Source: Clostridiaceae bacterium (GTDB taxonomy: Bacteria; Bacillota; Clostridia; Saccharofermentanales; DTU023). From it: a stretch of 64,000 nucleotides of DNA. The stretch spans positions 8,507 through 72,506 of the forward strand of contig DUVH01000035.1 in NCBI GenBank assembly GCA_012841145.1, written 5' to 3'. Under the pieces are notes generated by a model. That model was not told where the DNA came from. It saw only the letters and a list, made by a program, of their open reading frames with translations, and did not search any database. The first letter of the stretch is position 1, and every line of letters starts with the position of its first letter. Positions 16,630-25,220 of the stretch are shown here, piece by piece. A program made the position numbers and the translations under genes.

Positions 16630-17490
16630 TTACTCTCCGAGAAAGTAATTCGCCAGATTCGCATTGGGGTCATGACGGCCGATGAGCAGCTCACCTTCCG
16701 AACAGCTGAGCAATGTCGTGACGCCGGGGCCGTGCCCTGAAAGGACGCAGTTCGAGTGGACGATGACGCCGAGTGTGCGTGCCCCTTTTTTGTATTGGCG
16801 CCCGTATCTGTTGTCGCAATCCTTGAGCAAGACGAGGTCTCCGAAGCGCAATTTGTCCAGGCCGTATTCTTTTAACGCGTCGAGGTCGCCTGTCATAATG
16901 TCATAGTCTCCCGTGTAACCGGATGAGGCGCCTATCCCCGAACCCATGAGGTAGGGCGGAACTTCCGCGACACAGGGGACAAGGAGTTTTCCGTTTGTTT
17001 CCTCGGGCGCGATCTTCTCGAGAAGCTCGGGCGACAAGTTCATGCATGCGATGTCGGGATAGTCAGTCAATTTTAATCCTAGGCCTTTCGCTCGGATTAG
17101 AATCTGGTCTCCAATTTTCATCTTGTCGAGTGATTCGACCGGAAAATAGCAAATCGTGTGTTCAATACCTCCATGTTTACCTGTGACAAAACCTTCCGTT
17201 CCTTTGGCGTCTCCATCGACGACGATTGCGCGATTGCCGATACAAGCGACGTGCATGACGCTGTCGTTTTCAGTTCTGGTTTCGTTGCGCAGGCTGACAC
17301 CGGGCTCAATGTGATCTCCGGCGAGCTTCATGCAGCAGTCGCCGATCTGATAGTTGTAAACGATTCCGCCGACGCTGGGGAGTACATGCGGGAATCCCAT
17401 GTTGTCTACTTTATACTCGCCTCTCCATGTAGGTGCATGGATCTTTGCCTGGACAGCCATCTCAACGAGATGTTCTTTATTGGTTTTCAT
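16630..17490 (-). CDS. DUF4438-like conserved hypothetical protein
   Basis: ATG at 17490 follows AAGGAGGA. The sequence MKTNKEHLVEMAVQAKIHAPTWRGEYKVDNMG... resembles proteins annotated as DUF4438. This is recalled from memory and needs an HMM check. Confidence 0.55.
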   Translation of the reverse strand: MKTNKEHLVEMAVQAKIHAPTWRGEYKVDNMGFPHVLPSVGGIVYNYQIGDCCMKLAGDHIEPGVSLRNETRTENDSVMHVACIGNRAIVVDGDAKGTEGFVTGKHGGIEHTICYFPVESLDKMKIGDQILIRAKGLGLKLTDYPDIACMNLSPELLEKIAPEETNGKLLVPCVAEVPPYLMGSGIGASSGYTGDYDIMTGDLDALKEYGLDKLRFGDLVLLKDCDNRYGRQYKKGARTLGVIVHSNCVLSGHGPGVTTLLSCSEGELLIGRHDPNANLANYFLGE

Positions 17491-17557
17491 ATATCCTCCT
17501 TCGCTTGAGTAAGAGTCAAGCATTGTATGCGCTCATCATCATAACAGAACTGCTCGT

Positions 17558-18769
17558 CTAATCTCTGTTAAGAATTTTAAGATCGGATGTCCTGAAAATG
17601 CGCTCGATGGACTGACCGCGCACGCGCCCGATGACGGCATCGCCCGTTCCCCACATCTCAATATCCAGCTCGTCAACAGTGAAGTGTTTCGCGTCGACAT
17701 CACCTGATCCGACGATGGACACCTCAAGACGTTCCGCTTCACCGCCCAAGATCGAGACATCGCCCGACCCCGCGATCTTGATCTGACCCGACTTAGACAG
17801 CTCCTTGATCGTGACGTCTCCCGATCCCGCGATGTTGATCGATGCGTCCTCAACATTTCCGAAATCACAGTCTCCGGAACCCGCTAACTTAAGTTGAAGT
17901 CTTTCGACATTACTCAATGTAATGTTACCTGAACCGGCGATCACAATATTTGCCTGTTCCGCATCGATTGCGCCGCTGATATTGGAGGATCCGCTGACCT
18001 TTGCGTTTAGTGTTTTGAGAACAGGGCGGGCGATCTGGAGACGTATACTGCCGGAAATGTTTCTATTCCCCATGTTGACACCGAAAAACGTTTTGTTCTG
18101 ATATTTTTTAACACGAATGTAAAGTATCGATCCCCTCTGTTCCACGGAAAGATTTGACATGAAAGAAGCAGTGCCGTCAGCAAACCAATGTGTTTCCCCA
18201 TCTTGTGATTGCGCGATCTCAATGTCGCACGCGCCAGCGAGATCAAAATCTAAGCTGTCGATTCCCATACCGCTCTCATTACCGTTGTTTTGGTTGACGG
18301 TTCCTTTATCGCTTTCCCAGTCACCGGTACCGAAATCATCGTTCGTGCGAATTAGAATATTACCTTTTCCGCGGTTGATCACGACCATTTCATCTAAATT
18401 TGCTTCGCTGCCGTCATCGAATCGGACAACCGAACCGTCAATTTTCCCTTTTATGTCGGCGTAGCACGCCCTGTTTTTCAGTTTCGCGACGAATTTGAGA
18501 TTGCCGTATTCAGCGGGAAAGGAAAAATCATCTTCTATTACAGTTTCAATAGATTCTACGTCGTCGCTGAAAAGGTCATTAATGGTAACGCCGAATGCTT
18601 CGGCGATCGCCGGCAATAACGCGATATCGGGACAGCCGATCCCTGTCTCCCATTTTGAAACTGCCTGAGGGGAGACGCCGAGCTTTTGTGAGAGCGCCTC
18701 CTGCGTGAGGTTCCTTTCTCTTCTCATCTGGGCTATACGTACACCCAGCTTTGCAACATCGTATGCCAT
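17558..18769 (-). CDS. HTH-XRE DNA-binding domain fused to a GIN/DUF2807-type beta-helix repeat domain
   Basis: ATG at 18769 follows AAAGGAG. N-terminus MAYDVAKLGVRIAQMRRERNLTQEALSQKLGVSPQAVSKWETG. The C-terminus repeats (A/V)GSGD(V/I/C) every ~20 aa. No TM helix. Confidence 0.75.
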   Translation of the reverse strand: MAYDVAKLGVRIAQMRRERNLTQEALSQKLGVSPQAVSKWETGIGCPDIALLPAIAEAFGVTINDLFSDDVESIETVIEDDFSFPAEYGNLKFVAKLKNRACYADIKGKIDGSVVRFDDGSEANLDEMVVINRGKGNILIRTNDDFGTGDWESDKGTVNQNNGNESGMGIDSLDFDLAGACDIEIAQSQDGETHWFADGTASFMSNLSVEQRGSILYIRVKKYQNKTFFGVNMGNRNISGSIRLQIARPVLKTLNAKVSGSSNISGAIDAEQANIVIAGSGNITLSNVERLQLKLAGSGDCDFGNVEDASINIAGSGDVTIKELSKSGQIKIAGSGDVSILGGEAERLEVSIVGSGDVDAKHFTVDELDIEMWGTGDAVIGRVRGQSIERIFRTSDLKILNRD

Positions 18770-19137
18770 TGTTGTTCTCCTTTTGTGTCGACAGCTCGCA
18801 ACAAGTGTCAGCTGTCCATTTGTTGTTACCGTGCGCATCGCTCACGGTCACTTTCAGTATGACGCGTAAAAGAATGAAAACAATCACCGTCTGGTTGAAT
18901 CACCTGTTTTTTGACTCAACGCTCTGTTGTTCAACCGTTAGTTGAGCTTTTCGTAATTGATTATACGGCTTTGCCATGGATTTTTTGTCAGTGAGGAGAT
19001 ATTAGTAAATATCATTTAAATGACCCACCCCCCTCGGATGAGAGGAATGGGTCACATTGTCGTTAGCTATAGAAGTAATACTTGATTACATTTACATCCA
19101 TTGTTTTGCAGTAAAGTCAAGTCGAGTAAGTCTTAAC

Positions 19138-20016
19138 CTAATTGAAAAGCTTATTGACCGCATAATCTGCTTCTGCTTTTGTGAATTTGTCAAATACTAG
19201 TTGATCACGCAGCTGATCTTGCGACATGGGCATCAGGTCTAGATAATCTTTTCCTTTCCGTACGGCCTGTTCCTTCCAGTCGACTTGAACATTAGTTACC
19301 GCATGCCTAGCTTCATCTGCGACGAACTTTTCAAAAACCAATTGTCCATACAATCCTTCTTTTGAGAATGCCATAACATCGAGATAGTCTTTTGCTTTTT
19401 TTAAGGCTTCCTTCTTCCAGTCCACCTTGACATTATCAACAGCATACTGTGCTGCTTCTTTTGAATATTTTTCAAACAGTAATTGATTGAACAATCCGAT
19501 TTTTGAGAATGGCATGAGGTCGAGGTACTGTTCAGCCTTCCTGAGCGCATTTTGGTATTCGACGGATACACCTTTTGTTTCGGTAGTCTTTATCGACGTA
19601 GTTGTGGTAGTTGTAGTAGACGGTTCGGTAGTCGTAGTATTTTTTTTCGTAGTCGTTGTGGTTGTTGTAGTTGTTGTTTTCGTGGTTGGTTTGGTTGTTG
19701 TAGTTTTTATCGTCGTTGTGGCTTTTGTGGTTGAAGGCTTGTCGGCATTCTTCTTCGTTGAAGAAGCTTTCGTAATCGTTGTGGGCTTGCTTGTTGGGTC
19801 ACTCGATTGTACATCTTCTTCTGTGACCGTTACCGATGACTCAGGTATAGTCGCGTCTGTACTCATTGGCTCAGTTATTTCAGAGACAGTAGTTGGTGGA
19901 GGTAATAGATCAAGCGTTTCTTCAGTTGACGGTTTTTCAGGCGAGAGGATTGGACTTCCACAGGCAGTAACAAGAATCGTTATCATAATAAGCGTGATAG
20001 CAAGTAGCTTTTTCAT
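19138..20016 (-). CDS. Ltp-family surface lipoprotein with three tandem Ltp repeats and a Thr-rich linker
   Basis: Lipobox MKKLLAITLIMITILVTAC, then a poly-Thr/Lys tract, then three ~48-aa repeats of form DYLDxMxFSxxGLxxQLxFEKFxxxEAxxAVxNV. Confidence 0.8.
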   Translation of the reverse strand: MKKLLAITLIMITILVTACGSPILSPEKPSTEETLDLLPPPTTVSEITEPMSTDATIPESSVTVTEEDVQSSDPTSKPTTITKASSTKKNADKPSTTKATTTIKTTTTKPTTKTTTTTTTTTTKKNTTTTEPSTTTTTTTSIKTTETKGVSVEYQNALRKAEQYLDLMPFSKIGLFNQLLFEKYSKEAAQYAVDNVKVDWKKEALKKAKDYLDVMAFSKEGLYGQLVFEKFVADEARHAVTNVQVDWKEQAVRKGKDYLDLMPMSQDQLRDQLVFDKFTKAEADYAVNKLFN

Positions 20017-20290
20017 ATAATCACTAATTCCTTTCCATTTGTTCACGTTCAGTTATCCAATATTGAATGACAGACATGATAGTTTCGGATATAATCAATC
20101 TGGCTTATCCGCCTACAATCAAAGTGTAACCTAATGCCATAACAACATCTGTAACATCCAGTCTAAGAGCAACTTGCTAGAGCGTTTTCGTTATGTTATT
20201 CATCTAGTGCGAGTGTGATCTTATTAGCTTGAATACTTAGTTTATGAAACAAATATTGGCACACGAGACTATAACGTCCACTGTTTGCCT

Positions 20291-20328
20291 GAAATCAAAA
20301 GCCGCTGAAACGTCATCGTTTCAGCGGC
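20291..20328 (-). terminator. Rho-independent (bidirectional) terminator downstream of tRNA-Val
   Basis: Perfect 12-bp stem GCCGCTGAAACG / CGTTTCAGCGGC with a 4-nt loop. T-rich runs flank it on both strands. Confidence 0.8.
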
Positions 20329-20336
20329 TTTGTTTC

Positions 20337-20413
20337 TGGTGGGTGATATGGGACTTGAACCTATGACCCCCTGCATGTCACGCAGGTACTCTAACCAGCT
20401 GAGCTAATCACCC
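20337..20413 (-). tRNA. tRNA-Val (anticodon GAC), CCA encoded
   Basis: Hand-folded 77-nt cloverleaf. Acceptor GGGTGAT/ATCACCC; D arm GCTC-AGCTGGTTA-GAGT; anticodon stem CCTGC/GCAGG with loop GTGACAT; T arm ATAGG-TTCAAGT-CCCAT (one A-C mismatch); ACCA 3' end. Confidence 0.8.
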
Positions 20414-20425
20414 GAACCGAAGATT

Positions 20426-20455
20426 AGGATACATGATTTGATGTCTTGGTGTCAA
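20426..20455 (-). promoter_or_regulatory. Sigma-A-type promoter for tRNA-Val
   Basis: On the minus strand, TTGACA (20455-20450), an 18-nt spacer and TATCCT (20431-20426), ending 12 nt before the tRNA 5' end. Confidence 0.45.
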
Positions 20456-20508
20456 ACGGTATTTTTTCTTTCCTCAACCTTAATTGAAGCTAGCTGAATT
20501 GATCTTAA

Positions 20509-20832
20509 TTGAAGGAGGAAAACAGGTGCTACGATCAGTACCAGAGAAATCCGGAAACAAGAAGAATGTATGGCAGAGCTTGGAAGGGAATCTGTGACCG
20601 CTACATAAGAGCTCATACTTTGTGCGAGGAGTGCAAGCGTAACGGGCGGCTTGTCCTTTCAGAAGAGGTCCATCATATTGTTCCTTTGTTAGAAGGCGGG
20701 ACGAACAAACATAATAATATGATGGCTCTTTGCAAGTCTTGTCACTCGACGATTCATGCAAGACGTGGTGACAGATGGTCGCTATGTATTGAGTTGATGA
20801 AACCAATCTTCCGGAAAAGCCAAATGGTCTAG
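20509..20832 (+). CDS. HNH endonuclease (small phage-type)
   Basis: CEECKRNGRLVLSEEVHHIVPLLEGGTNKHNNMMALCKSCHSTIH, which is CxxC...HH...N...CxxCH. TTG start at 20509 sits beside GAAGGAGG, so the start is uncertain. The 3' end overlaps the convergent Abi gene by 51 bp. Confidence 0.75.
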   Translation: MKEENRCYDQYQRNPETRRMYGRAWKGICDRYIRAHTLCEECKRNGRLVLSEEVHHIVPLLEGGTNKHNNMMALCKSCHSTIHARRGDRWSLCIELMKPIFRKSQMV

Positions 20833-21684
20833 ATTGATATGAGAGGAATAGTTAGAAAAGAGAGATTCTAATTGAGGCAATACCTCGAGTTGCCATTTAT
20901 TTCTTGAAGGATAAACAGACTTTAAAACGAGCATAAGTCCCCAGAGTCGCCTTTTAGCACTTTCAGAGATATTCAAGCCTGAAGGAGAAGAAGAAAAAAT
21001 CATGTAGTACAGTCTGCCGTGATGAGCGCATACGTTTCTCAGGTCTGTTAGGCAACGCAGCCAACTTTCTAAGTTTTTGTAATTGACCTTGTATTGCTTT
21101 GCAATATCTTTTTTGTCAGTTGTATGAAGGTCAGCATAAAAATATGAGGTCATTCCGAAGCCGAACAGCTCGATGATGACCCAAATAGGAAAAGCGCCAT
21201 GATATTTTACTAGATGATGTTTTACAAAAGGTAATTTCTGATTTCTAGCTATTTCTGTTTTAAGCAGTTCCTTGAATTTGTTTTCGTTGTGCTTGTTATT
21301 GAAATTGCTTGAATCTAGGTAGCCTAGAGCACCATATTTGTGTCCGTGAAGGTAGGCAAGTCGTGTTCTTAATGAGATTTCAATAACTTCAAGAGCAGCA
21401 AAGAGAATGTTGCGAAGCTTTCTATCGAACTCATAGATATGATAAATCTGCTTGAACGTTGTACCCTTACTATAAAGTCCCCCCTTTACTTTGAAAGGGA
21501 GGAAATATGCGGACAATCTATAATAGTTAACTGAAGCTAAGACCCTCTTACAGGCATCTTTATCTGAGATGATGCAACCGCGCTGCGTTAGCTTTTCAAC
21601 TTGCTCTTCATAGGTTCTAGGAGACTTGATTTCCAACATATTTAAACATAATTCTTTTAATAAAAAACGTCTCCCCTGGGACAC
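20782..21684 (-). CDS. Abi_2-family (AbiD/AbiF-like) abortive-infection protein
   Basis: Hallmarks VNYYRLSAYFLPF and LTDLRNVCAHHGRLYY. GTG start at 21684, with ATG 21639 as an alternative. Confidence 0.8.
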   Translation of the reverse strand: MSQGRRFLLKELCLNMLEIKSPRTYEEQVEKLTQRGCIISDKDACKRVLASVNYYRLSAYFLPFKVKGGLYSKGTTFKQIYHIYEFDRKLRNILFAALEVIEISLRTRLAYLHGHKYGALGYLDSSNFNNKHNENKFKELLKTEIARNQKLPFVKHHLVKYHGAFPIWVIIELFGFGMTSYFYADLHTTDKKDIAKQYKVNYKNLESWLRCLTDLRNVCAHHGRLYYMIFSSSPSGLNISESAKRRLWGLMLVLKSVYPSRNKWQLEVLPQLESLFSNYSSHINLDHLAFPEDWFHQLNT

Positions 21685-21952
21685 ATCGTTGAGAGGTGCG
21701 GGGAGTCCTATCGATTACTAGTTTACACTATTATTTTAGTTTTTCAAGTCTCAAATATTCTTTAACGTCATTGCCGACATCATTAGCTGAATGCCAAAGT
21801 AAACAGTGAGAAGCACGGGGCGCCCAACTTAATCTGGCACGTAGCCTATTTCGTTTAGTCTGACATATCTTTTTTCAATCATACAGATCAAAAGTCAAAA
21901 TCAAAATAGAGTTGGTGACCAAGAAGAAAATAGGTTGACTCTACTTGGCTCA

Positions 21953-22615
21953 CTATGGCTTTGTAAAATCAAGGTAGAACGGTGTCTTCTCGATCGGTAC
22001 GTCGTCGTTGAATATTTCTTCCACAGTGACGACTCTGAGCGGATTGAGAGCGAGTTCCAGCTTAAGTCCGCCGGCGCCGGGTGAATAGTAACGCCAAAAC
22101 GGTTCACCTTGAGAAATAAGCCTGCCGGTAAGGTTGAGGATTGCTCCGCCGTGAAAGACGAGTGCGAGGGGGAATTGTTCCGGTGCAGAGTGTGCGAGTT
22201 CTTCGATCCTTTCGATCACAACGCGCATGCGCGCATCGAACGCTTCAGGCGACTCGCCTTCGGGCGGGGTGACGTTGCCGAAAGAGTTGATGAACTCCAT
22301 GTAAAGCGGGTCGTCGAGGAGGTCGTTATGTGTCTTGCCATCCCATTGGCCGAACTCTCTTTCTTGCAGTTCAGGCATGAGTTCATATTCTTTTCCGGGG
22401 AAGTAGAGTTCTGCAGTTGTTCGCGCTCTTATGAGCGGCGATACCCACAGTGTATTTACTTCAGGAACGACGCCGCGCAGCCTTCTTTGGCGGATGAGCA
22501 TGGCGCTCTCGGGGAGAACGTCGTTGTTTTGTAATTGACCTTGGTATTCGCGACAGAGATTTTGATAGGTCAGTCCGTGGCGAATGAAATAAACGGTGAT
22601 TGTCTTTTCGTTCAT
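21953..22615 (-). CDS. Histidine phosphatase family protein (phosphoglycerate mutase / CobC-like)
   Basis: ATG at 22615. N-terminus MNEKTITVYFIRHGLTYQN carries the RHG motif, with VFHGG later in the protein. Confidence 0.8.
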   Translation of the reverse strand: MNEKTITVYFIRHGLTYQNLCREYQGQLQNNDVLPESAMLIRQRRLRGVVPEVNTLWVSPLIRARTTAELYFPGKEYELMPELQEREFGQWDGKTHNDLLDDPLYMEFINSFGNVTPPEGESPEAFDARMRVVIERIEELAHSAPEQFPLALVFHGGAILNLTGRLISQGEPFWRYYSPGAGGLKLELALNPLRVVTVEEIFNDDVPIEKTPFYLDFTKP

Positions 22616-22890
22616 ATTGTTTTCCTTTTCATAATCATTCCATCTCAGCGTATCGCATGAGGAGATCGGCTCGCAATTGTGTAACATTTTGGATTTGTTC
22701 CTTTACTGTAAAATCCGTCGTGTGCAAGTGCGAACTCATGCGATGATGCTGCGGATCGTCGTTAGGTCGGGTGTCGCTTATGCTGTTCCGGCTCAACTCC
22801 AATTTGCAGAACTTGCGGTTAGGTAAGAGATGCTCTTACTTTGGCATTCAGCTTGCAACTAAGGTAAATGATTTGGCGTTTGTGGTCGGG

Positions 22891-22920
22891 TTGACAGCTT
22901 TGGCGGTAGCGTTGTACAAT
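22891..22920 (+). promoter_or_regulatory. Sigma-A-type promoter upstream of rpmE
   Basis: TTGACA (22891-22896), an 18-nt spacer and TACAAT (22915-22920). It predicts a leader of about 85 nt. Confidence 0.5.
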
Positions 22921-23012
22921 CTTTTAGCGAGCGGCCCCGAGGGGCGCTTATTTCTGGGATCGCATACGAGGGCAGGTGGCTTCTCGCGCGGTTGCCATGA
23001 GAGGTGAAAGAA

Positions 23013-23216
23013 ATGAAAGAAGGAATACATCCTAAATACGGTAAAAGTGTTGTGCGCTGCGCATGTGGTGAGACATTCGAGACGGGTGCGACGAAAGAAG
23101 CGATTAGCGTCGACGTCTGCTCCAAGTGCCATCCCTTCTATACGGGGCGTCAGAAACTCGTTGATACGGGCGGGCGCGTCGATAAGTTCAGAAGGCGCAT
23201 GGAACGGCAAAAATAA
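23013..23216 (+). CDS. rpmE: 50S ribosomal protein L31 (Zn-binding C+ type)
   Basis: [25 protein letters not shown]...[17 protein letters not shown] at 23013 follows GAGAGGTG. Confidence 0.93.
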   Translation: MKEGIHPKYGKSVVRCACGETFETGATKEAISVDVCSKCHPFYTGRQKLVDTGGRVDKFRRRMERQK

Positions 23217-23223
23217 GCCGAGG

Positions 23224-23251
23224 GGGGAGCTCAACGGCTCCTCTTTTTTTT
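23224..23251 (+). terminator. Rho-independent terminator after rpmE
   Basis: Stem GGGGAGC / GCTCCTC (one G-U pair), loop TCAACG, followed by a T8 run. Confidence 0.75.
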
Positions 23252-23345
23252 GATGCGTCGTAGACAGGCAGTTATAACTGCCAACTTAATTCATTGTAGT
23301 TATATGGAAAATAATCAGGCAGGGTGCCAAAAAAAATCGGAGGGG

Positions 23346-24293
23346 ATGGGCGTTTGTAAAAAGACGTCGATCGGCGGACAGGCGCTGATCGAGGGCTTAA
23401 TGATGCTCGGACCCGAAAAACAGTCGATCGCCGTCCGATCACCCGACGGCGAAATCGTCCTGCAAGTCAAAGATCGCTCTTCCTTTGCCAATCGATTCAA
23501 TATCCCTTTTCTCAGAGGGATCGTCCGTCTCGTAACGCAGTTGAAAACGGGGGTAGGTGCGATCGGTTATTCTGCCGATATTGCTATGCAGGAAGAAGAG
23601 ACTGAAGACGATCAGGAGATGTCGCGCTTTGATCGGTTTGCCGAACGATATCCTCATATTATGACAGGGTTTGCGCTGGTGGTCTCGCTCGGTCTGTCCG
23701 TGGCTCTATTCATCTTGCTGCCGAGCGCTTTGACCGATCTGCTGCGTAAAGTGACGGGGTTCGGTGCCGGTGAACAGTCGGGAGGTATGGCTCTTGCCTT
23801 ATCGTTTATCGAAGGTTTCGTCAGAATTGCGATCTTTATTTCATATTTGTGGTTGACTTCTCTCAGCAAAGATATCAAGCGCATCTGGATGTACCACGGC
23901 TCGGAGCACAAGACGATCGCGGCATATGAGGCCGGTTTACCGTTGACTGTCGAGAATATTCGTCCTATGAGCCGTTTCCACCCGCGCTGTGGGACGTCGT
24001 TCCTGTTTTTGGTGATGCTCATTTCGATCCTCGCGTTCGCAGTCGTTGGACGCTACACGCTTTGGATCAATATCCTGGTTCGCCTCGCCCTGTTGCCTTT
24101 GGTGACAGGTGTTTCCTACGAAATCATTAAACTGGCGGGCACGTACGACAACGTATTGACGCGGGCGCTGTCGAAACCTGGACTCGCTTTGCAGCGTTTG
24201 ACGACGGCGGAGCCGGACGACGAGATGCTTGAAGTCGCGATCGCCGCCATGAACGCCGTCATTCCCGAGAACCCCGACAGTGATCGCTGGTAG
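23346..24293 (+). CDS. DUF1385-family membrane protein (YqhQ-like)
   Basis: MGVCKKTSIGGQALIEGLMMLGP... and later YHGSEHKTI. The track start at 23250 lies inside the rpmE terminator, so I prefer ATG 23346; 23304 is also possible. Confidence 0.75.
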   Translation: MGVCKKTSIGGQALIEGLMMLGPEKQSIAVRSPDGEIVLQVKDRSSFANRFNIPFLRGIVRLVTQLKTGVGAIGYSADIAMQEEETEDDQEMSRFDRFAERYPHIMTGFALVVSLGLSVALFILLPSALTDLLRKVTGFGAGEQSGGMALALSFIEGFVRIAIFISYLWLTSLSKDIKRIWMYHGSEHKTIAAYEAGLPLTVENIRPMSRFHPRCGTSFLFLVMLISILAFAVVGRYTLWINILVRLALLPLVTGVSYEIIKLAGTYDNVLTRALSKPGLALQRLTTAEPDDEMLEVAIAAMNAVIPENPDSDRW

Positions 24294-24304
24294 TCGACAG
24301 CCTT

Positions 24305-25174
24305 GTGAGTGTGAGTCGACAGACATTTCTCGATCAGGCAGCGAACCGACTTCGCGAGGCGCGGATTGACGATGCACGTCAAGAAGCGCGCCTGATGATT
24401 GAGGCCGTTACCGGCATTTCGATCGCGCATCAGCTTGCCTTTCCCGACGTCTTGCTTAGCGATGAACAGCTTGCCGCTCTTGATGAAGCGCTCGTGAAGC
24501 GTGAAAATCGCATGCCTCTGTCGCAAATTATCGAGAAGGCAATATTTTACGATCAGACTTTTACGGTCACAAAAGAGACACTGACGCCTCGGCCTGAGAG
24601 CGAACTGCTCGTCGATGCGTCGATTGAATATACGGATTCACTGCAAAGTGTACATCTGCTTGATGCTTTTACCGGTACGGGCGCGATCGGGATATCGGTC
24701 GCGCGGAAGCTCTATGATGCGGGGAAAGATGTCTCGCTGGTGATGACCGATAATTCACGGTATGCCTTAGACGTCGCGCGGCAAAACGCGCTTCGTATCA
24801 TCGCGCCGGTTAATTGGAAAATTGAATGTGCCGACATTTGGCCATCGACATATTGTCGTTACGATGTCATTACGGCAAATCCTCCCTATATTGCGACTGA
24901 GGTGATTACGAGCCTGATGCCTGAAGTGAACCGCTTCGAGCCCTTGTCGGCACTCGATGGCGGTCATGACGGATTGGACTATTATCGCCGTTTGTCGCGG
25001 GAGGCTGGACGTTACTTGCGCGATGGCGGTGTTCTGATCATCGAAATCGGCGCTTCTCAGGAGGAAGAAGTCATGCGTTTATTCGTGCGAGACAGTGTAT
25101 GGCGTGAGTGCGACAGGATAAAAGATTTGGCCGGTCACACGAGAGTTATAGTTTTCCGTATGGAGGCCGGTTAG
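24305..25174 (+). CDS. prmC: Peptide chain release factor N5-glutamine methyltransferase
   Basis: SAM-binding motif LLDAFTGTGAIG and catalytic ITANPPYI (NPPY). Position is directly upstream of prfA. Confidence 0.9.
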   Translation: MSVSRQTFLDQAANRLREARIDDARQEARLMIEAVTGISIAHQLAFPDVLLSDEQLAALDEALVKRENRMPLSQIIEKAIFYDQTFTVTKETLTPRPESELLVDASIEYTDSLQSVHLLDAFTGTGAIGISVARKLYDAGKDVSLVMTDNSRYALDVARQNALRIIAPVNWKIECADIWPSTYCRYDVITANPPYIATEVITSLMPEVNRFEPLSALDGGHDGLDYYRRLSREAGRYLRDGGVLIIEIGASQEEEVMRLFVRDSVWRECDRIKDLAGHTRVIVFRMEAG

Positions 25175-25220
25175 AAGTGTTTGGTAAGATGTGGGCAGAA
25201 TATTTGGATCCGGAGCGATT

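Noticed and set aside
19487-20020. 177-aa plus-strand ORF rich in Val
   Set aside because: It is an antisense reading of the poly-Thr linker of the Ltp lipoprotein gene.
19138-21950. Calling the tRNA-linked islet an intact mobile element or prophage
   Set aside because: I could find no integrase, recombinase, terminase or structural genes, and no duplicated tRNA 3' segment (att). Only a remnant or islet interpretation is supportable.
23250-23345. Track start codon (23250) for the DUF1385 gene
   Set aside because: It lies inside the T-run of the rpmE terminator. The family N-terminus (…KKTSIGGQALIEG) begins right after Met at 23346.
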